Notes: a model not told the origin generated them from the sequence alone. 64,000 nucleotides of DNA from Octopus sinensis (GCF_006345805.1 NC_042999.1:11904001-11968000), one strand, 5' to 3'; shown: positions 36,191 to 54,248, counted from the first letter of the stretch. Translations and numbers: made by a program.

Positions 36191-36989
36191 GAAAATGGAC
36201 TCTGTTAAAGGTACCCCAGGTGCCAGGTAGTGGTGTTAAACAAGGGGACTGAAATATATATATATATACCACCGAAATATATCACGGCGCGATTTGAACT
36301 CGGAAAATAACGAGCCAGAAATACTGTGAGCTATCCTGGCCGACGTTCTTCGCCGTTCAGCCAATCCACCGCCCTGGTTTAGCACCTTCTTTACATTTTT
36401 TATCGACTCCCGAGAGAATGGAAAGGTAAATTTGAACTTAGAGCGCAATGTGTTAGAACAAAATACTGCGAGGTATACAATCCGAAGTAATAACAACTGG
36501 GGCAGTTCGCTGCTTTGGTCGGTCGCGATGGGTTCTGATTGTTTGCTGTGCCGTGGTTGAATTGCTGAATAAAAATATGTTTCCTGGCTGCGTGAAAAAA
36601 GTGACTTAAACACCAGCCACAAACGTTTAACTGAAGTGTTTAGTGTTGCTCATAAAGACAGTCTGAGTTGGCCGTTTACAGTTAACAACAGCACTAATTA
36701 CAGACTGGAAGAGAGATACTGCTCTGAATATAAAGAGAGCTATCGTTATGGCAACATATCTGAAAGCAGCTTTGTTATCTTGATGACAACAGTGGTCGTT
36801 GGCCACATGTCCTAACCGACTACGTTTGGCCATCTGGAGCTGTCTGTTGGCAAGAGTAGAGGTGCTTATCGTTCAGCAGCCTTTCGACACACTGTCTGGC
36901 AAGAGATGAATCGTGTGAAGGAGTCGGCAGCTCTCAAAGCTCTGCCAAAGGTTTAGGCGCCAAAACGGCTTTTTAAAAGGGTACAAGAA

Positions 36990-38428
36990 CATTCTAGAAA
37001 ACGAAATCATGCCACAGCTTCACACTCATTGCTTGCTTAATAGACTTATTTCACAGCCTAGTTGACCTCTGTTTATTCTCTTGTTTCTCTGTTTTGTTTC
37101 GTTTTATTTTGCAGTTGTTGAGTTCGACTTTTTTTGCGGCCGATTACCTTCTTAGAATCCCTTTTAAGATCCAATCCTTGTGTTGTTTAGTTTTCTTCTC
37201 TAAAATTTCTTCACGGGCATCCTTCTATATTGCCTTCATTTCCAACCATGTCTTCACCACCGATGCATCTTTTTTAATGAGACTGATGAAGGTCTGGAAT
37301 CTGTTGATGATATTAACTGTCTATCTGACATTATGTTGCAGGGTAGTGTTGTACCTGTATCCCTGTTTGGAGGGTGTTGTAATCTGATGCTGTAGTTTCA
37401 GTTGGAATTTCCCGACTACAGGTGATGGTCTGATTTCACATCTGTTCCTCTGTAAGCTCTCATACCACGCATGGACCTTCTAAACTTGGTGCATACGGTG
37501 AGATGGTCGATTAGGTTTTCAGAACGGTGAACTGAGAATATTCAGGTCGTTTTGTGAATTTTCTTGTGCAGAATGATGCTGCCCCAAAACACTAGGCTGT
37601 TAAATGTGCAGAAGTGTGCAAGCAGCTCTTTGTTCTCATCGATTCCAGCCCTTCCTTCCCTACCAATCACCATTTCCCTGCCACCGTTAGTCTGACCCAA
37701 GTTTTGCACTTAAATGTCTCATGAAATCTTTCTTAGATATTCAGTCAATGGTGGACTGCAGTTCATTAAATTCCGTTTACACTGTGCTGTCTGCATCGTT
37801 GGTTGATACACAGCACTGTATTGTGCCCGTCTTCTTTGACTTGTTTTGACTTGTGGCTGAGATTATGCTGGGTGATACAGCAGACCATTCTATGAAGGAT
37901 GCTGGGCGATACAGCTGACTATTCTTCAAGGATGCTGGGTGACACAGCTGGCCGTCCTATGAAGGATGCTACTTCTTCTCTGGGAAGTATGAAGTCAACT
38001 CCTTCTCTGTGTGGCGTGTTGTCTTCTTCATACCCTCAGTAGAACAGTTTGCCCTATAACCAAGCGCATCTGTCCTGACTTTAGCCTCCTCGTCCCACAG
38101 AGAATTAGCACTGAGAACTTGTAGAGTTTAACCTCAGCAGCAATCTGGGCTGATTTTCCAATTTCGAACGTAGTCCTGACGTCCCATAATCCAAGCCGTG
38201 TGATTGTCCTTGGTGAGAGAAGGTTGTTCCACTTTATTGTTTCTTTTTGGTTTTTTACCACGTTGATTCATACATAGTCACTGAAAACCTCTCCAACCTT
38301 ATGTCCAGTTTCATGTTCTCTTGTTGGCATTTCAGTAGCAATGCCGAAAATTAATAGTGCAGGGCTGCTATCCCAACACCTATCACCCTCCTCCTTTCTG
38401 AAATGGACTTGGCACCAGCTTTAGTCCC
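36990..38428 (-). mobile_element. RTE LINE 5' part (5' UTR, APE endonuclease, linker), inverted
   Basis: RLGLWDVRTTFEIGKSAQIAAE; IHKTT, NLIDH, KFRRS, SDHHL; EEILEKKTKQHKDWI. Confidence 0.8.
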
Positions 38429-38429
38429 A

Positions 38430-39420
38430 GATTGTGAGAAGGCATTTGACAATGCGTACAGAGTGACACAGTGGCAACTGCTTTGACATTTTAGTATCAC
38501 CGAGATATTTTCTTTGGTCAGAACTATTTACGAACGATCAACCTATCAAGTTGTACATAATGGAGCTTTGAGTCAACCATTCACAGTCTTGACGGAGGTC
38601 ATTCAGGGATGTCTGCTGTTTCCTTTTCCTAATGGCGATTGACAATTGGCGGTGAAAAAAGAAGAAAACAACCAAAGTACAATCCAGAGGAATACATTGG
38701 TCCTTCTCCGACCACCAAGAAGAGATCGACTTCGCCGATGGCATTGCCCTCCTCTCCTAACGCCACATTAATCTGGAACAGCAATGGGTGTAACATCCAA
38801 AAAGGTTGGTCTCAAGATCCATTACGGGAAGAGAAAAAGCATTATAGATGTCAGTCATTTCACAAACCTGGGAAATGTTGTCCATATGGAGGAGTGTGGG
38901 ACAGATCAAGACATACAAACAAGGATTTGGGAAGCTACGTTTGCCTTCAGGATGTACAGACCTTATCAGCTAGCACAAAATCTAGTATCTTTAACACGAT
39001 TGTGAAGACGGTTATACGGTACGAGTGTGAGGCATGACAAGTCACAAAATTTCCCATCGACGAGCTCCAATCGTTTGTGAACAGAAGTCTGTAGAACATT
39101 CTTCAAGTGAGATGATAAGACAGACTCACAAACCAAAAATTATGGAGTAAAAGCGAACCAGCAGCCTATGGAAACAGCGGAAATGGGTTGGGTTGGAACT
39201 CATTCTTCAGAAACCTGTTTCCAACATTACAAAGCAATACTTTCCAATGAAAGACGGAAGAGTGGCAGAGCAAATCAACATGGAGAAAGTTCACAGAAAC
39301 TGAAGCACTGACTGGCAGTTACACCTGGAAACAAGTGCAATCCATTGCCAAAGATCGACACAGATGAAGATCTCTTGTTGGTACACTATACTCCATATGG
39401 AATCAAGAGAATTAAGTAGA
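38430..39420 (+). mobile_element. RTE LINE 3' part (RT motifs to tail)
   Basis: gagaaggcatttgacaatg (EKAFD), VVHNG, QGCLL, DFADGIAL, FNTIVKTV.RYECEAW-like; tail gaattaagtagaagaag. Confidence 0.8.
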
Positions 39421-39800
39421 AGAAGAAGCCAATTCACTGCCTTGACCCATATTTTAGTTTAATGAAACTCCACCCACACCCCGCCAGCAAATAAAAATTA
39501 CAAAGTTGACTCCGTGGGATTTAAACTCAGATCATTGCGAGGCTCTAACAATTCTGTCAATTTTCTGTCTGAAAGTACGTGTAACTGTGAGCATGCGCAA
39601 CGAGTGATTGTATTTCAATATAGACAACAGTGGAAGAGTCTTCCTTAATGTTGCACCACTAAACGAGACAACTTTTCGGTGTTGTATTTATTCATGACTA
39701 TTTCTATAAAGCACGTGCGTGTGGAAGCATACCCGTCTACATACACTCAAGCAAGCAAAAATAATGATTTAATAGTGATGCATATGTGTGTGTGTGTGTG

Positions 39801-39845
<45 letters not shown>

Positions 39846-40087
39846 GTGTGTGTGGATATATATGCCACTTACTGATTATGTACATACGCACGAGAGAAGA
39901 CATCCCTGATGCGATAACACTCTCGTCATTATTATTATTGTTGTTATTATTATTATTGTTGTTGTTATCATTATTATCATACGATGATCCACTTGTGAAC
40001 ATTTATGTGACTGTTGAAAACAGACTTGCTTAAAATCCCTTCCTTACGAACCAAACCATTAGCAAGCATTCATACAGACTTCCTCTT

Positions 40088-40126
40088 CCTTTCTGTAGAA
40101 GAGCGTTGGCTCGAAACGTAAGAGAC
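40088..40126 (+). ncRNA. Degenerate minimal hammerhead motif (CTGTAGA core)
   Basis: cttt-CTGTAGA-a-gagc gttg gctc-GAAA-CG-TA/agag; same architecture as 19221 and 52666. Confidence 0.55.
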
Positions 40127-40223
40127 GTTTCCATTTTTCCCGAGCGTGAAACTAATACACTTGCTTGTTCCTACACCTGTCTTCATCTTTTGTTTTTCTA
40201 TAAATTTGAACTATATATATATG

Positions 40224-40254
<31 letters not shown>

Positions 40255-40533
40255 AAATATAGATAGATACATACATACATACATACATACATACATACAT
40301 ACATACATACATACATACATACATACATACATACATAATCATATTCCCAGAAGTAAACGAACTTCCCACTAAAAAGCATCTGATCAATTTAGTAAATGTA
40401 AACACTTTTTCCTTTGAATTTCTGATCGGTTTTAGTTTATGTATTCCTCAATAATGGACTAAGGTCGGCTTTCTAACTCAGAAATGCAACTTTTCCTTGG
40501 GATTTAGACATTATCAGTTGTATAGTCGTGTGT

Positions 40534-40604
<71 letters not shown>

Positions 40605-41016
40605 TAGACGGAAATTGTGTGGAAGCCCATCGTGTATGTGTGTGTTGTGTCTGAGTTTGCTAACCCACCCAACCGTTTGACAACCGGTGTTAGTTTGTTT
40701 ATGTCTCTGTAAATTAGCGATCCGGCAAAAGAGATCGATCGAATATAAGACGTAGAAAAATATAAGTTGGAGGCGATTTGTTCGACTAAAGCCCTTCAGA
40801 ACTCCAGCGTGGTCGCAGTGCAATGTCTGAATGAAGCCGAGGATAAAACGTAAATAGTTGTAATGAAGACTAAAGACAGAACACTGCCAGCGCCATCTTT
40901 CAGCCAGTTTTACTGAATAACTCCGAGTTCTATTCCGGGTTTACGTTTCCTTCTTTCCATTCGTGTCACATCCATAGTAAAATTGTTATCAGATTCTTCT
41001 CGTGTATTGTCTATTC

Positions 41017-41048
<32 letters not shown>

Positions 41049-41318
41049 CATTATTATTGAAAGCCAATTGGCATAGTGGACCGAGCCGATTGAAGTAATC
41101 GCTCCAGCTGTCTGCTTTCTGAGTTCAAATCTCACTAAGGTCAGTTTCCATCATTTAAGAAAGACGGTCAGCTGGCAGAAACTTTAGCTCGGCCAGATTA
41201 AATGCTTAGCGGCATTTCTTCGGGCTTTATGTCCATTTTGCCTTTCATCCTTTCTGGATCGGTAATACAAAGTACTACAGTCAAGTACAAAATTATTGGC
41301 TTTGTGCCAAAATTAAGA

Positions 41319-41374
<56 letters not shown>

Positions 41375-41380
41375 CATTAT

Positions 41381-41972
41381 TAATACCTCTGCCTTAGCAA
41401 TGGCGGAGGTATCGTTATCAGTCGCGTTTGTTTTCTTTTGTCCGTAGACGAGATATCTCAAGAACCACTGGATGGATTCAGATGAAACTTTCAGGATGCT
41501 TCGCCTCGTGACTGGCACGAACTGATTAAATTTTGGTATCGATCCGGCACCGGACAAGGATTCTGGATTATTAGTTAAATTTACTTTACATAATTACGAT
41601 CTTACGTTAACTTTCAAGTCTTTCTCAATTATCTCCCTTTAGGCTGTGACTATTTTGAATGGTGAATTTGTTGACTTTGGCTCGTATTAAATAAGGATAA
41701 ACTATTTACTACTGTTACTGAATTTTCTACAGCCACTTTCACATTCCTTGACTACCAATGGGATCGATCAGATACCGGACAAGGACTCTGGATTATTTTT
41801 CCGTTTTTTTTTACTTAATTTTTGAGAGCGGTTGGATTCATTCTTAGTATTCTCGTTTGTGAGAGCAGTCGAGTTTATTTCAGATATTCCCATTTTAAAA
41901 ATCATCTCTGGCTAGTCGTTGAGAGGACATTGGTGTTGCCTTGGCTGAGGTTTGCGTTCTCTGAGTGCTCTT
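41381..41972 (+). mobile_element. Non-autonomous Helentron/DINE-1-like element (HINE)
   Basis: 5' IR tacctctgcc/ggcggaggta; subterminal ggctgaggt at 41943; 3' hairpin gcgttc-tct-gagtgc; T-rich flanks; internal duplication accggacaagga(t/c)tctggattatt. Confidence 0.65.
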
Positions 41973-41989
41973 ATTATTATTATTATTAT

Positions 41990-42343
41990 GAAAATTCAGC
42001 TTATTTTGCTGGGTATGATGGAAAGTGTCAGCTGTCCACAGTCAGCAGACTAAACTGATACTTGTTTACTGGTCATGCTTCAAGAACCCTGCGAAGAATT
42101 CTTGCAGTTCCAAGCAATGCTGATTTTTGTAGGTGTTCTACCTTCACACTTGCACCGATCTTTTTGAACCATGTTGAGTGCTGATACTTCAAAGTGATCC
42201 AATTACTATTGCTATCATGTCCCTTCTCCTCATTGACCACAACTTTCATATTTTCCACTTTTAAATCGTCGTAGTTGTTTATTTTTTCTTCTTCTTTCAC
42301 ATTGATCCTGTTGTCGCCGGGACATGCTATGTCGATAATCATG

Positions 42344-42427
<84 letters not shown>

Positions 42428-43850
42428 CAGCAGCAGTAGTAGTAGTAGTAGCAGTAGTAGTAGTATCAGTAGTAGTGGTGATAGTGGTGATGGTGGTGGT
42501 GGTGGTGGTGGTAGTAGTAATAGTAGTAGTAGTAGTAGCATAGAAACAAATGTCAGGTTTGGCCTTATTCCTGGTAGGATTTTTGTGGGTAGTCGGTTAC
42601 TATCTGTATCCTTAGGTATCCATACGTTTTCGGCAGTTTTTCAAGTGCTCAGAACTCTTTTGATAATCTTTGCTACATTCATTCCCGTCAATCTGCGTCT
42701 ACAATTTCTTATTATTTTATCAACTAATAAGGGATCTTTTGTTGCCCTGCTTTGTTTCCTCTATCCTTTCTGTTCTTCTAGAAGTACATTGTTACTTTCC
42801 AGATGGTTGTATAACTCTTCCGCCAAGACACCGGTCACAAGCTTCCATATCAGTGGTAAACAAGTTATAGGCCGAAAATTTGATGCCAAGTTCCCTTTCA
42901 CGGGATCCTTGAGGCATAGCAGCGTTCGTTCACTTTTTATCCAGGCAGGAACGTGACTTTGCTGCAGGCAGTCATCCAGTTGCACAGCGATCCTCTCATG
43001 CAACTGAGTAAAGTTCTTCGGCCAGTAGCCTTGTACTTCATCCTGGTCTGGTTTTTTTCCAATTCGGTGTTTTTTAAAACTTCTGTCTCACTGTATATAG
43101 CTTACGGAGCTCTCGGTCTTGCTTGCTCCTGTTAATTCTGTGAGAGCGGTCAGCAACCGATTGTCAGAGGTCTCACGGGGTCTCTTTCCACAAATTATAA
43201 GCTTTGGTACCACTTATTGTGGAAGACACTCAACACTCAAACACCAATCTCAAAATCCCGGCTGTCCCCAATAGAACAGTCTTTTGGGGCTGCTCTGCAG
43301 TCATGTCAATTCCATTTTGTCCAACACGTTTCTCGAATCTGGTTGTTAGTAATTGGAATGCCCCTACAACTGGGATAACAGTTACTCTCCTCATTGCCCT
43401 CATTCTTGCAATTTCGTATTTTAGTAGTCTGTAGTTTCCCATCTTTTCCAACTCTTTGTCATCTATGCGCGTGCATCCCCAGCTATGGTAATCTATGATC
43501 TTAGTTTCCTTTTTTCTTTTATCCATCACAACAATGTCTGATCTCCGATCATTGAATGGGGAATCACATTGGATCTTATATTCATTGTTCTCAGCGACGT
43601 CCTCCGGTTCATGTTTCTACCATTTTTGAGTTCTGCCCAGACTGTACTTTTCACACAGTCTCCAGTAAATAAACACAGCCACGTTATCGTGCCTCATTTC
43701 GTAATGCTTTGGACCAGCTGGCTGCTACACTCCCTCACAATATCTGAGATTGTTTTGTTTTTCTTTCCACACATCCTACAAAGGAGTGGTTCACTGCTCT
43801 TATCTATTTGGAACTTGGTGTAATTAGTTCTCAATGCTTGCCTCAGTGCA
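41990..43850 (-). mobile_element. Three R4/Dong-type fragments: 3' end 41990-42345, RT fragment 42545-43170, CCHC+RLE 3' end 43200-43850
   Basis: IIDIACPGD..KEEEK; NFRPITCLP..EEQKG; CRMC..HDNV..RSDIVV..KELEK..LLGTAGILR. Confidence 0.85.
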
Positions 43851-43901
43851 TTATTATTCTTATACTTATTCTTATTTTTATTATTATTGGTGTTATTATT
43901 G

Positions 43902-44580
43902 AAGGCGGTGAGCTGGCAGAATCGTTAGCGCCGGGCGAAATGCTTAGCAATATTTCGTCTGCCGCTACGTTCTGAGTTCAAATTCCACCGAGGTCGACTT
44001 TGCCTTTCATCCTTTCGGGGTCGATAAAATAAGTGCCAGTTGTACTGGGGTCAATGTAATCGACTTAACCCCTTCCCCAAAATTGCTGCCCTTGTGGCAA
44101 AATTTGAAACCATTATTAGTGTTATTATCATTAGCTGGCAGAATTGTTAGCACGCTGGGCAAAATGTTTACTGCATTTAATCTGGTGTTACGTTCTGAGT
44201 TCAAATTCCGCCGAAGTCGACTTTGCCTTTCATCTTTTCAGAGTCGATAAATTACTGGGGTCGATGTGATCGACTTACCCACTTCCCACAAAATTTCGGG
44301 CCTTGTGCCTATAGAAGGAAGAATTATTACCATCGACGACGTCGTCGTCGTCATCACCATTAAAGCGGTGAGTTGGCAGAATCGTTAGAGTGACTGGCAA
44401 AATACTTAGCGGTGTTTCTTCTAGTTCTTTATGTTCTAAGTTCAAATTCTGCCGAGGTCGACTTTACCTTTCATCTTTTCTGGGTTGATAAAATAGAGTA
44501 CTAGTTGCGTGCTGGGGTCGATAGTAACGATTATCCCCCCCCTCCCCAAAATTTCGGGCCTTGTGCCTATGGTAGAAAGG
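43902..44580 (+). mobile_element. Three consecutive SINE family A copies
   Basis: Heads at ~43902, ~44130 and ~44363, separated by ATT/GTC-rich linkers. Confidence 0.85.
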
Positions 44581-45638
44581 AGTGGTGTATGCTTACATTG
44601 CCTCCGTCATATATTACTGTCGTGCCTTGCCCCAGTTTAAGTCTGACCAAATTGGAATGTATACTCTTTTAGCTTTCTGTGGAAGGGATGCTTTCAGCCA
44701 AGTTTGGTTGCCGTTTGTCAGACAAAATTTGTCACAGCTTGTCCTTTTGACTGAGTTGCATTCCAGGATCAAGTGTAGACCGAAGCAGTGCGCCTGGCAT
44801 CTAGGGTGTTCTCCAGTGCTCATAGCCCTTTGTTAATCGGGCAATGCGGTCGGGACAAGATCACCTCAGGCGTTCTACTGAGGGTTAGTGGTGGACAAGT
44901 GCGACGACGTTCTCCAGGAGACTCTGGGCGTTGAAGAGAATCAACTGGAAGGTCTGTTCCGGAAGACTTTCGAACCGGTGCTTGTGGATAATTTCCAGAG
45001 ATCCTTAGCCTGGCAGTGCTACTGGAGGGCATTGCCGGTTCGGGATAAACTCTACAGGTATGGAAGTTCCAAGATGCCGGGTTTGTCCAAGATGCACGCC
45101 GACCGACGAAGCACTTCTACACACTCTCGTCCAGTGTCAAGTATTACTGACTGATGGGTTTATGTCGAACGCCTGCTGTCACGTGTACGACGAATCTGGC
45201 CATCGGCTGAGTTCATTGTGAAGATAGTCTCATTGTCTTCCTTTGGCCGAGAAGGACAGTTTTTTTTTCTTTTGCCTGGTGGCTCTAACGAAAGAGGACC
45301 AGATAAAAAGAGTTGTAAACAGACACTTTTTTCTTTGGCAAAACCTTCATCAATTTCTTCAAGTTTCACTTGAAAAGGAAAGTGAGGTTAAAGAGGCAAG
45401 TGCTGCCACCTAGCATTTTAATGAAAAGATGGGTGAATGTTGTAAAATTGGTCCGAGTGAAAATTGGCCTACTCTAAGCTTGCGCCAGCCCTGGGAAGTC
45501 TCCCTCTTTGGGGGAATTATTCAGTGTTATAATTTTTTTGTTAGTTTTTTTAATTACTTTTTACCCGCTTTTATGTAAATCTCACGTTCTATTGTCCTGT
45601 GCCGTCCACAATGTTTTTTTTGTGATTGATAAAGAAAA
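44581..45638 (+). mobile_element. L1/Tx1-type LINE, 5'-truncated 3' end
   Basis: WQCYWRALPVRDKL; CPRCTPTDEALLHTLVQC (CCHC); 3' UTR ending gataaagaaaa. Confidence 0.85.
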
Positions 45639-45669
45639 CATCACCATTATCATCATCATCATTTTATTG

Positions 45670-49696
<4,027 letters not shown>

Positions 49697-50522
49697 GCGT
49701 TTAGAGACAATTTTTGGTAATACGATCGTTTCTGATATCAAAATTCGGTATACTCTTTTACTTGTTTCAGTCATTTGACTGTGGCCATGCTGGAGCACTG
49801 CATTTAGTCGAGCAAATCGACCCGAGGACTTATTCTTTGTAAGCCTAGTACTTATTCTATCGGTCTCTTTTGCTGAACTGCTAAGTTACGGGGATGTAAA
49901 CACACCAGCATCGGACACACAAACATATACACACACATGCATACATACATATATACATATACATATATATATATATACGATGGGCTTCTTTCAGTTTCCA
50001 TATACCAAATCCACTCACAAGGCTTTGGTCGGTTATAGTAGAAGACACTTGCCCAAGGTCCCACGCAGTGAGAGTGAACCTGGAACCATGTGGTTGGTAA
50101 GCAAGCTACTTACCACACAGCCACTATGATGAAAAACCCCCCACAAAGTTAACCCGATATTCAGAAGAATAAAAATGGAACAGAATCTACAGGAAAACAG
50201 TTGATGTTGCCAAACCAGTTTAGAATTAGAATTACTCGGCTCCAAGCCAGAGTGCCTCTTGACAGTAACTTGATCTAGCAGAAAAAGCAACCAGTTTTTT
50301 CTTCAGGTCCTTTTCACCTCGAACTTCTTCAAAGTATGAGTAGAGCATATCCGAAAATGTAATTTTGGAAACAGGTACATGGCCATGAATGGAACACTTT
50401 TGATCATAGATCTGGTCCATAAGAGCTGATTTGACACTTGAGACTGGGGATCAACAACAAGAACAACTGCTCTGCTAAGATCATTTAATCATAAAAAATA
50501 TAACCTAATCACAAAATATATA

Positions 50523-51500
<978 letters not shown>

Positions 51501-51521
51501 TAATTTTACCCTCAATTGTTG

Positions 51522-51549
<28 letters not shown>

Positions 51550-51557
<8 letters not shown>

Positions 51558-52488
51558 CCTCGTGCCATTCACTAACAACCTTAGCTGTGTGAATTGGTGC
51601 ATTATCATTCTGAAGCAGTTCCGCAACCATAGGATGAATTTGATGAGATGAAATACTTAAATAGTCTTAACTATTAATTCTGCCATGAAGGGAAACCATT
51701 GGGCCGGCGGATTTCCAAGATATAGTCCCCCAGATCATCACAGATCCTCCTCCATGTTTAACACTTGAAAGAAAGCAGTCTGGGTCAAATGCTTCTTTTG
51801 GCTGTCTCCATACGTATACTCGGCCGGTGGTCAGAAATAAAGTAAAGGATGACTCGTCCGAGAAAATAACATTCTTCCACTGCACAAGGAACCAATTCTG
51901 TGGGTTTTTACTCCAATCTAAACGCATTGCAACGTTTGTTTTTGAAAGTAGTGGTTTTCTGATTGCAGCCCTCCCATGAAATCCGGCTTTGTGCAGCTTC
52001 CAGCGAACAGTTTTTATGGAAACTGGGTTCTCGAGGTGGTCATTAAACTCTGCAGTTATTTTGGGAGCTGTACTTTTGTGATCGTTTCTAACAATTTGCG
52101 TAAGAGTCCGACGGTCCCTATCTGAAAGTTTTGGTTTTGTTTCGACGAGGAGGTTTTTCCCTCTTTCTCAAAAGCTGACTTTACTTTCGAGACAGTACTT
52201 CTTGATACACCAAACATTTCGGCTGTTTTCCTTATGCTAGCGCCTGCCATACGAGCACCAACAATTCAACCTCTTTGAAAGTCCTAAAGATCTGTCATTT
52301 TAATGAATTTTAATTACCTTTTTCTGATGATATCTGAAAAGAAACAGCAATTTTAGCAAAACATATTAAACAACACTAATAATAAATGAAAAAACCCCAT
52401 AAAAATAAACAAGCTTTTGACGGTTTTATAGATATTTCAAAATTATGATACTATGATGCTAAGTGTTTCCATTATTTTATCCAATCCA
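51550..52488 (-). mobile_element. Tc1-like DNA transposon remnant (transposase pseudogene, 3' truncated)
   Basis: HTH MAGASIRKTAEMFGVSRSTV; VIFSDES; VKHGGGSVMIWG; QNDNAPIHTA; TIR-like ggataaaataatggaaacac at the right end. Confidence 0.92.
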
Positions 52489-52665
52489 TATATATGTGAA
52501 GGCGCATGGCTAAAACAATGCAAAGCGCTTTGTGACCAACGATGCATAACAGCATCCGATTACCTGAACGCTCAAATGATCACGTGATATAAATGTGACC
52601 GCGTGTGTACCGTTGGCGATTTTTTTCCCTCTGTCTTCCCTTCTCTGGATCTTTCCTTCTCCTAT

Positions 52666-52700
52666 GTTTCCGACGAAGAGCTCCGCTCGAAACGTTAAAC
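52666..52700 (+). ncRNA. Minimal type I hammerhead motif, CCGACGA core
   Basis: gttt-CCGACGA-a-gagc tcc gctc-GAAA-CG-TT/aaac; flanks related to 19130-19330. Confidence 0.72.
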
Positions 52701-52819
52701 CCTCCTTCTTCCCTTCCTTCTTGAGCGTCCAATAATACTATATTTGTTCCACGTTCTCGCGTTGTTGTGTTTTTTTGTGCTTTCATGTTTGGATTAACTT
52801 TATATACACATGCATGTCA

Positions 52820-53740
52820 CTTGTGAGGCTCTCATGAATGCTACTGGTAAGATGGAACCGGGTACAACCTGGTGCATGGTCAGACTAATGGCGACTAAAC
52901 GGGCACCTCCACCAGGCTAGCCTGGTGAGGAGGGTTGCTAGAAACCCAGCAGGACTCAAAACAAGACCTGTTAAAAGGCCGGATGAACCTAGTGCCGGTT
53001 CAACGACTACCTAGCAATAGCACGGGCACGCACAAATTCCGGGATAGTGTCCGGCGTGCTGGACAACCATTGGGAGTGAGGCATCCCTTAGCTCTTGTTG
53101 AAGCATGTCTCTCTAGGAGAAGGCTACTCTGATATAAAACCAGATATGCAGGGAATGGCATTGGACATTTTGGCGACCTTTGCTTATGCTTGAAACCATC
53201 CCTGAGCCTGCAACTCATATTGACAGCAGACATCTTGTTTCGGCTTGTCTCTCGATAATGTCATTAGAGTGGAGGCAGTCTGTGATGTGTCGTGCAAGCC
53301 TTACTCAACCTAAAACTTTGCACAGGTATTGCAAAGTATTTTCCCTTTACATGTGCATTGCTTCTCTCTCTCTGTTCTTTTGTTTGTTTGTTTAGATATA
53401 TATTCATATATTTTTTTTATTCGGAAGTCCTGCGGCGATGGGAAGGTGGCAAAGCATGCAGACCTGATAGGTTGGAAGCATGCAGTCAGCAGCCTGCACG
53501 TAGGCGGCCCATGTTAGATATAAAGTCATCTCCTTGTCGCCCTAGACAACGATGGGATTCGGTTGCTGCATAGGTGTCTGAGTTGCTCCATTTGGGGAAG
53601 GCACAGCTCACCAAGAGGCAGGGGAAGTTCTAGAAAAGGTAAACCAAACATTGCCTGTCTTTTTCTATCTGGTCAGTTTAGCTACAGATTCTACCATACT
53701 GTGGGTTCTTATTTCTTTGTTCGACGGATCTCATTATACA
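52820..53740 (+). mobile_element. RTE-clade LINE 5' UTR region, cut off by (TATG)n
   Basis: ctaggagaaggctactctgat...aaacc, ggaagtcctgcggcgatggg and ctagaaaaggt motifs resemble RTE 5' UTRs (from recall, not aligned). Confidence 0.55.
52882..52972 (+). ncRNA. Candidate HDV-like ribozyme
   Basis: P1 agacta/tagcct; P2 aacggg/cctgtt; L3 TCCACCA with P1.1 CC/GG; P4 tgag...ctca; C-containing J4/2; P1 and P3 each have one mismatch. Confidence 0.4.
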
Positions 53741-54118
53741 GTGTCCTAGCTACATCCTGTATGTATGTATGTATGTATGTATGTATGTATGTATGTATGT
53801 ATGTATGTATGTATGTATGTATGTATGTATGTATGTATGTATGTGTGTGTGTGTGTATGTGAATGAGTGGGGAAAACGAGAGAGGGAGAGAAAATAGAGA
53901 GAAAGTGAGAGATAGAGGGAGAGGAGGGAGAGATAGAGGGAGAGGAGGGAGAGATAGAGGGAGAGAGGGAGAGATAGAGGGAGCGATAGAGGGAGAGGAG
54001 GGAGAGAATGAAAAAGCAAGAATACAACAATAGCTAAATCTGTGTCAGGGTATATGGAACTAACACACATATAATAGTGTATACAACAAATGCACATCAT
54101 CACCATCACCATCACCAT

Positions 54119-54248
<130 letters not shown>

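Noticed and set aside
37283-37310. CTGATGA
   Set aside because: Antisense of the RTE linker coding region; the other HHR elements are missing.
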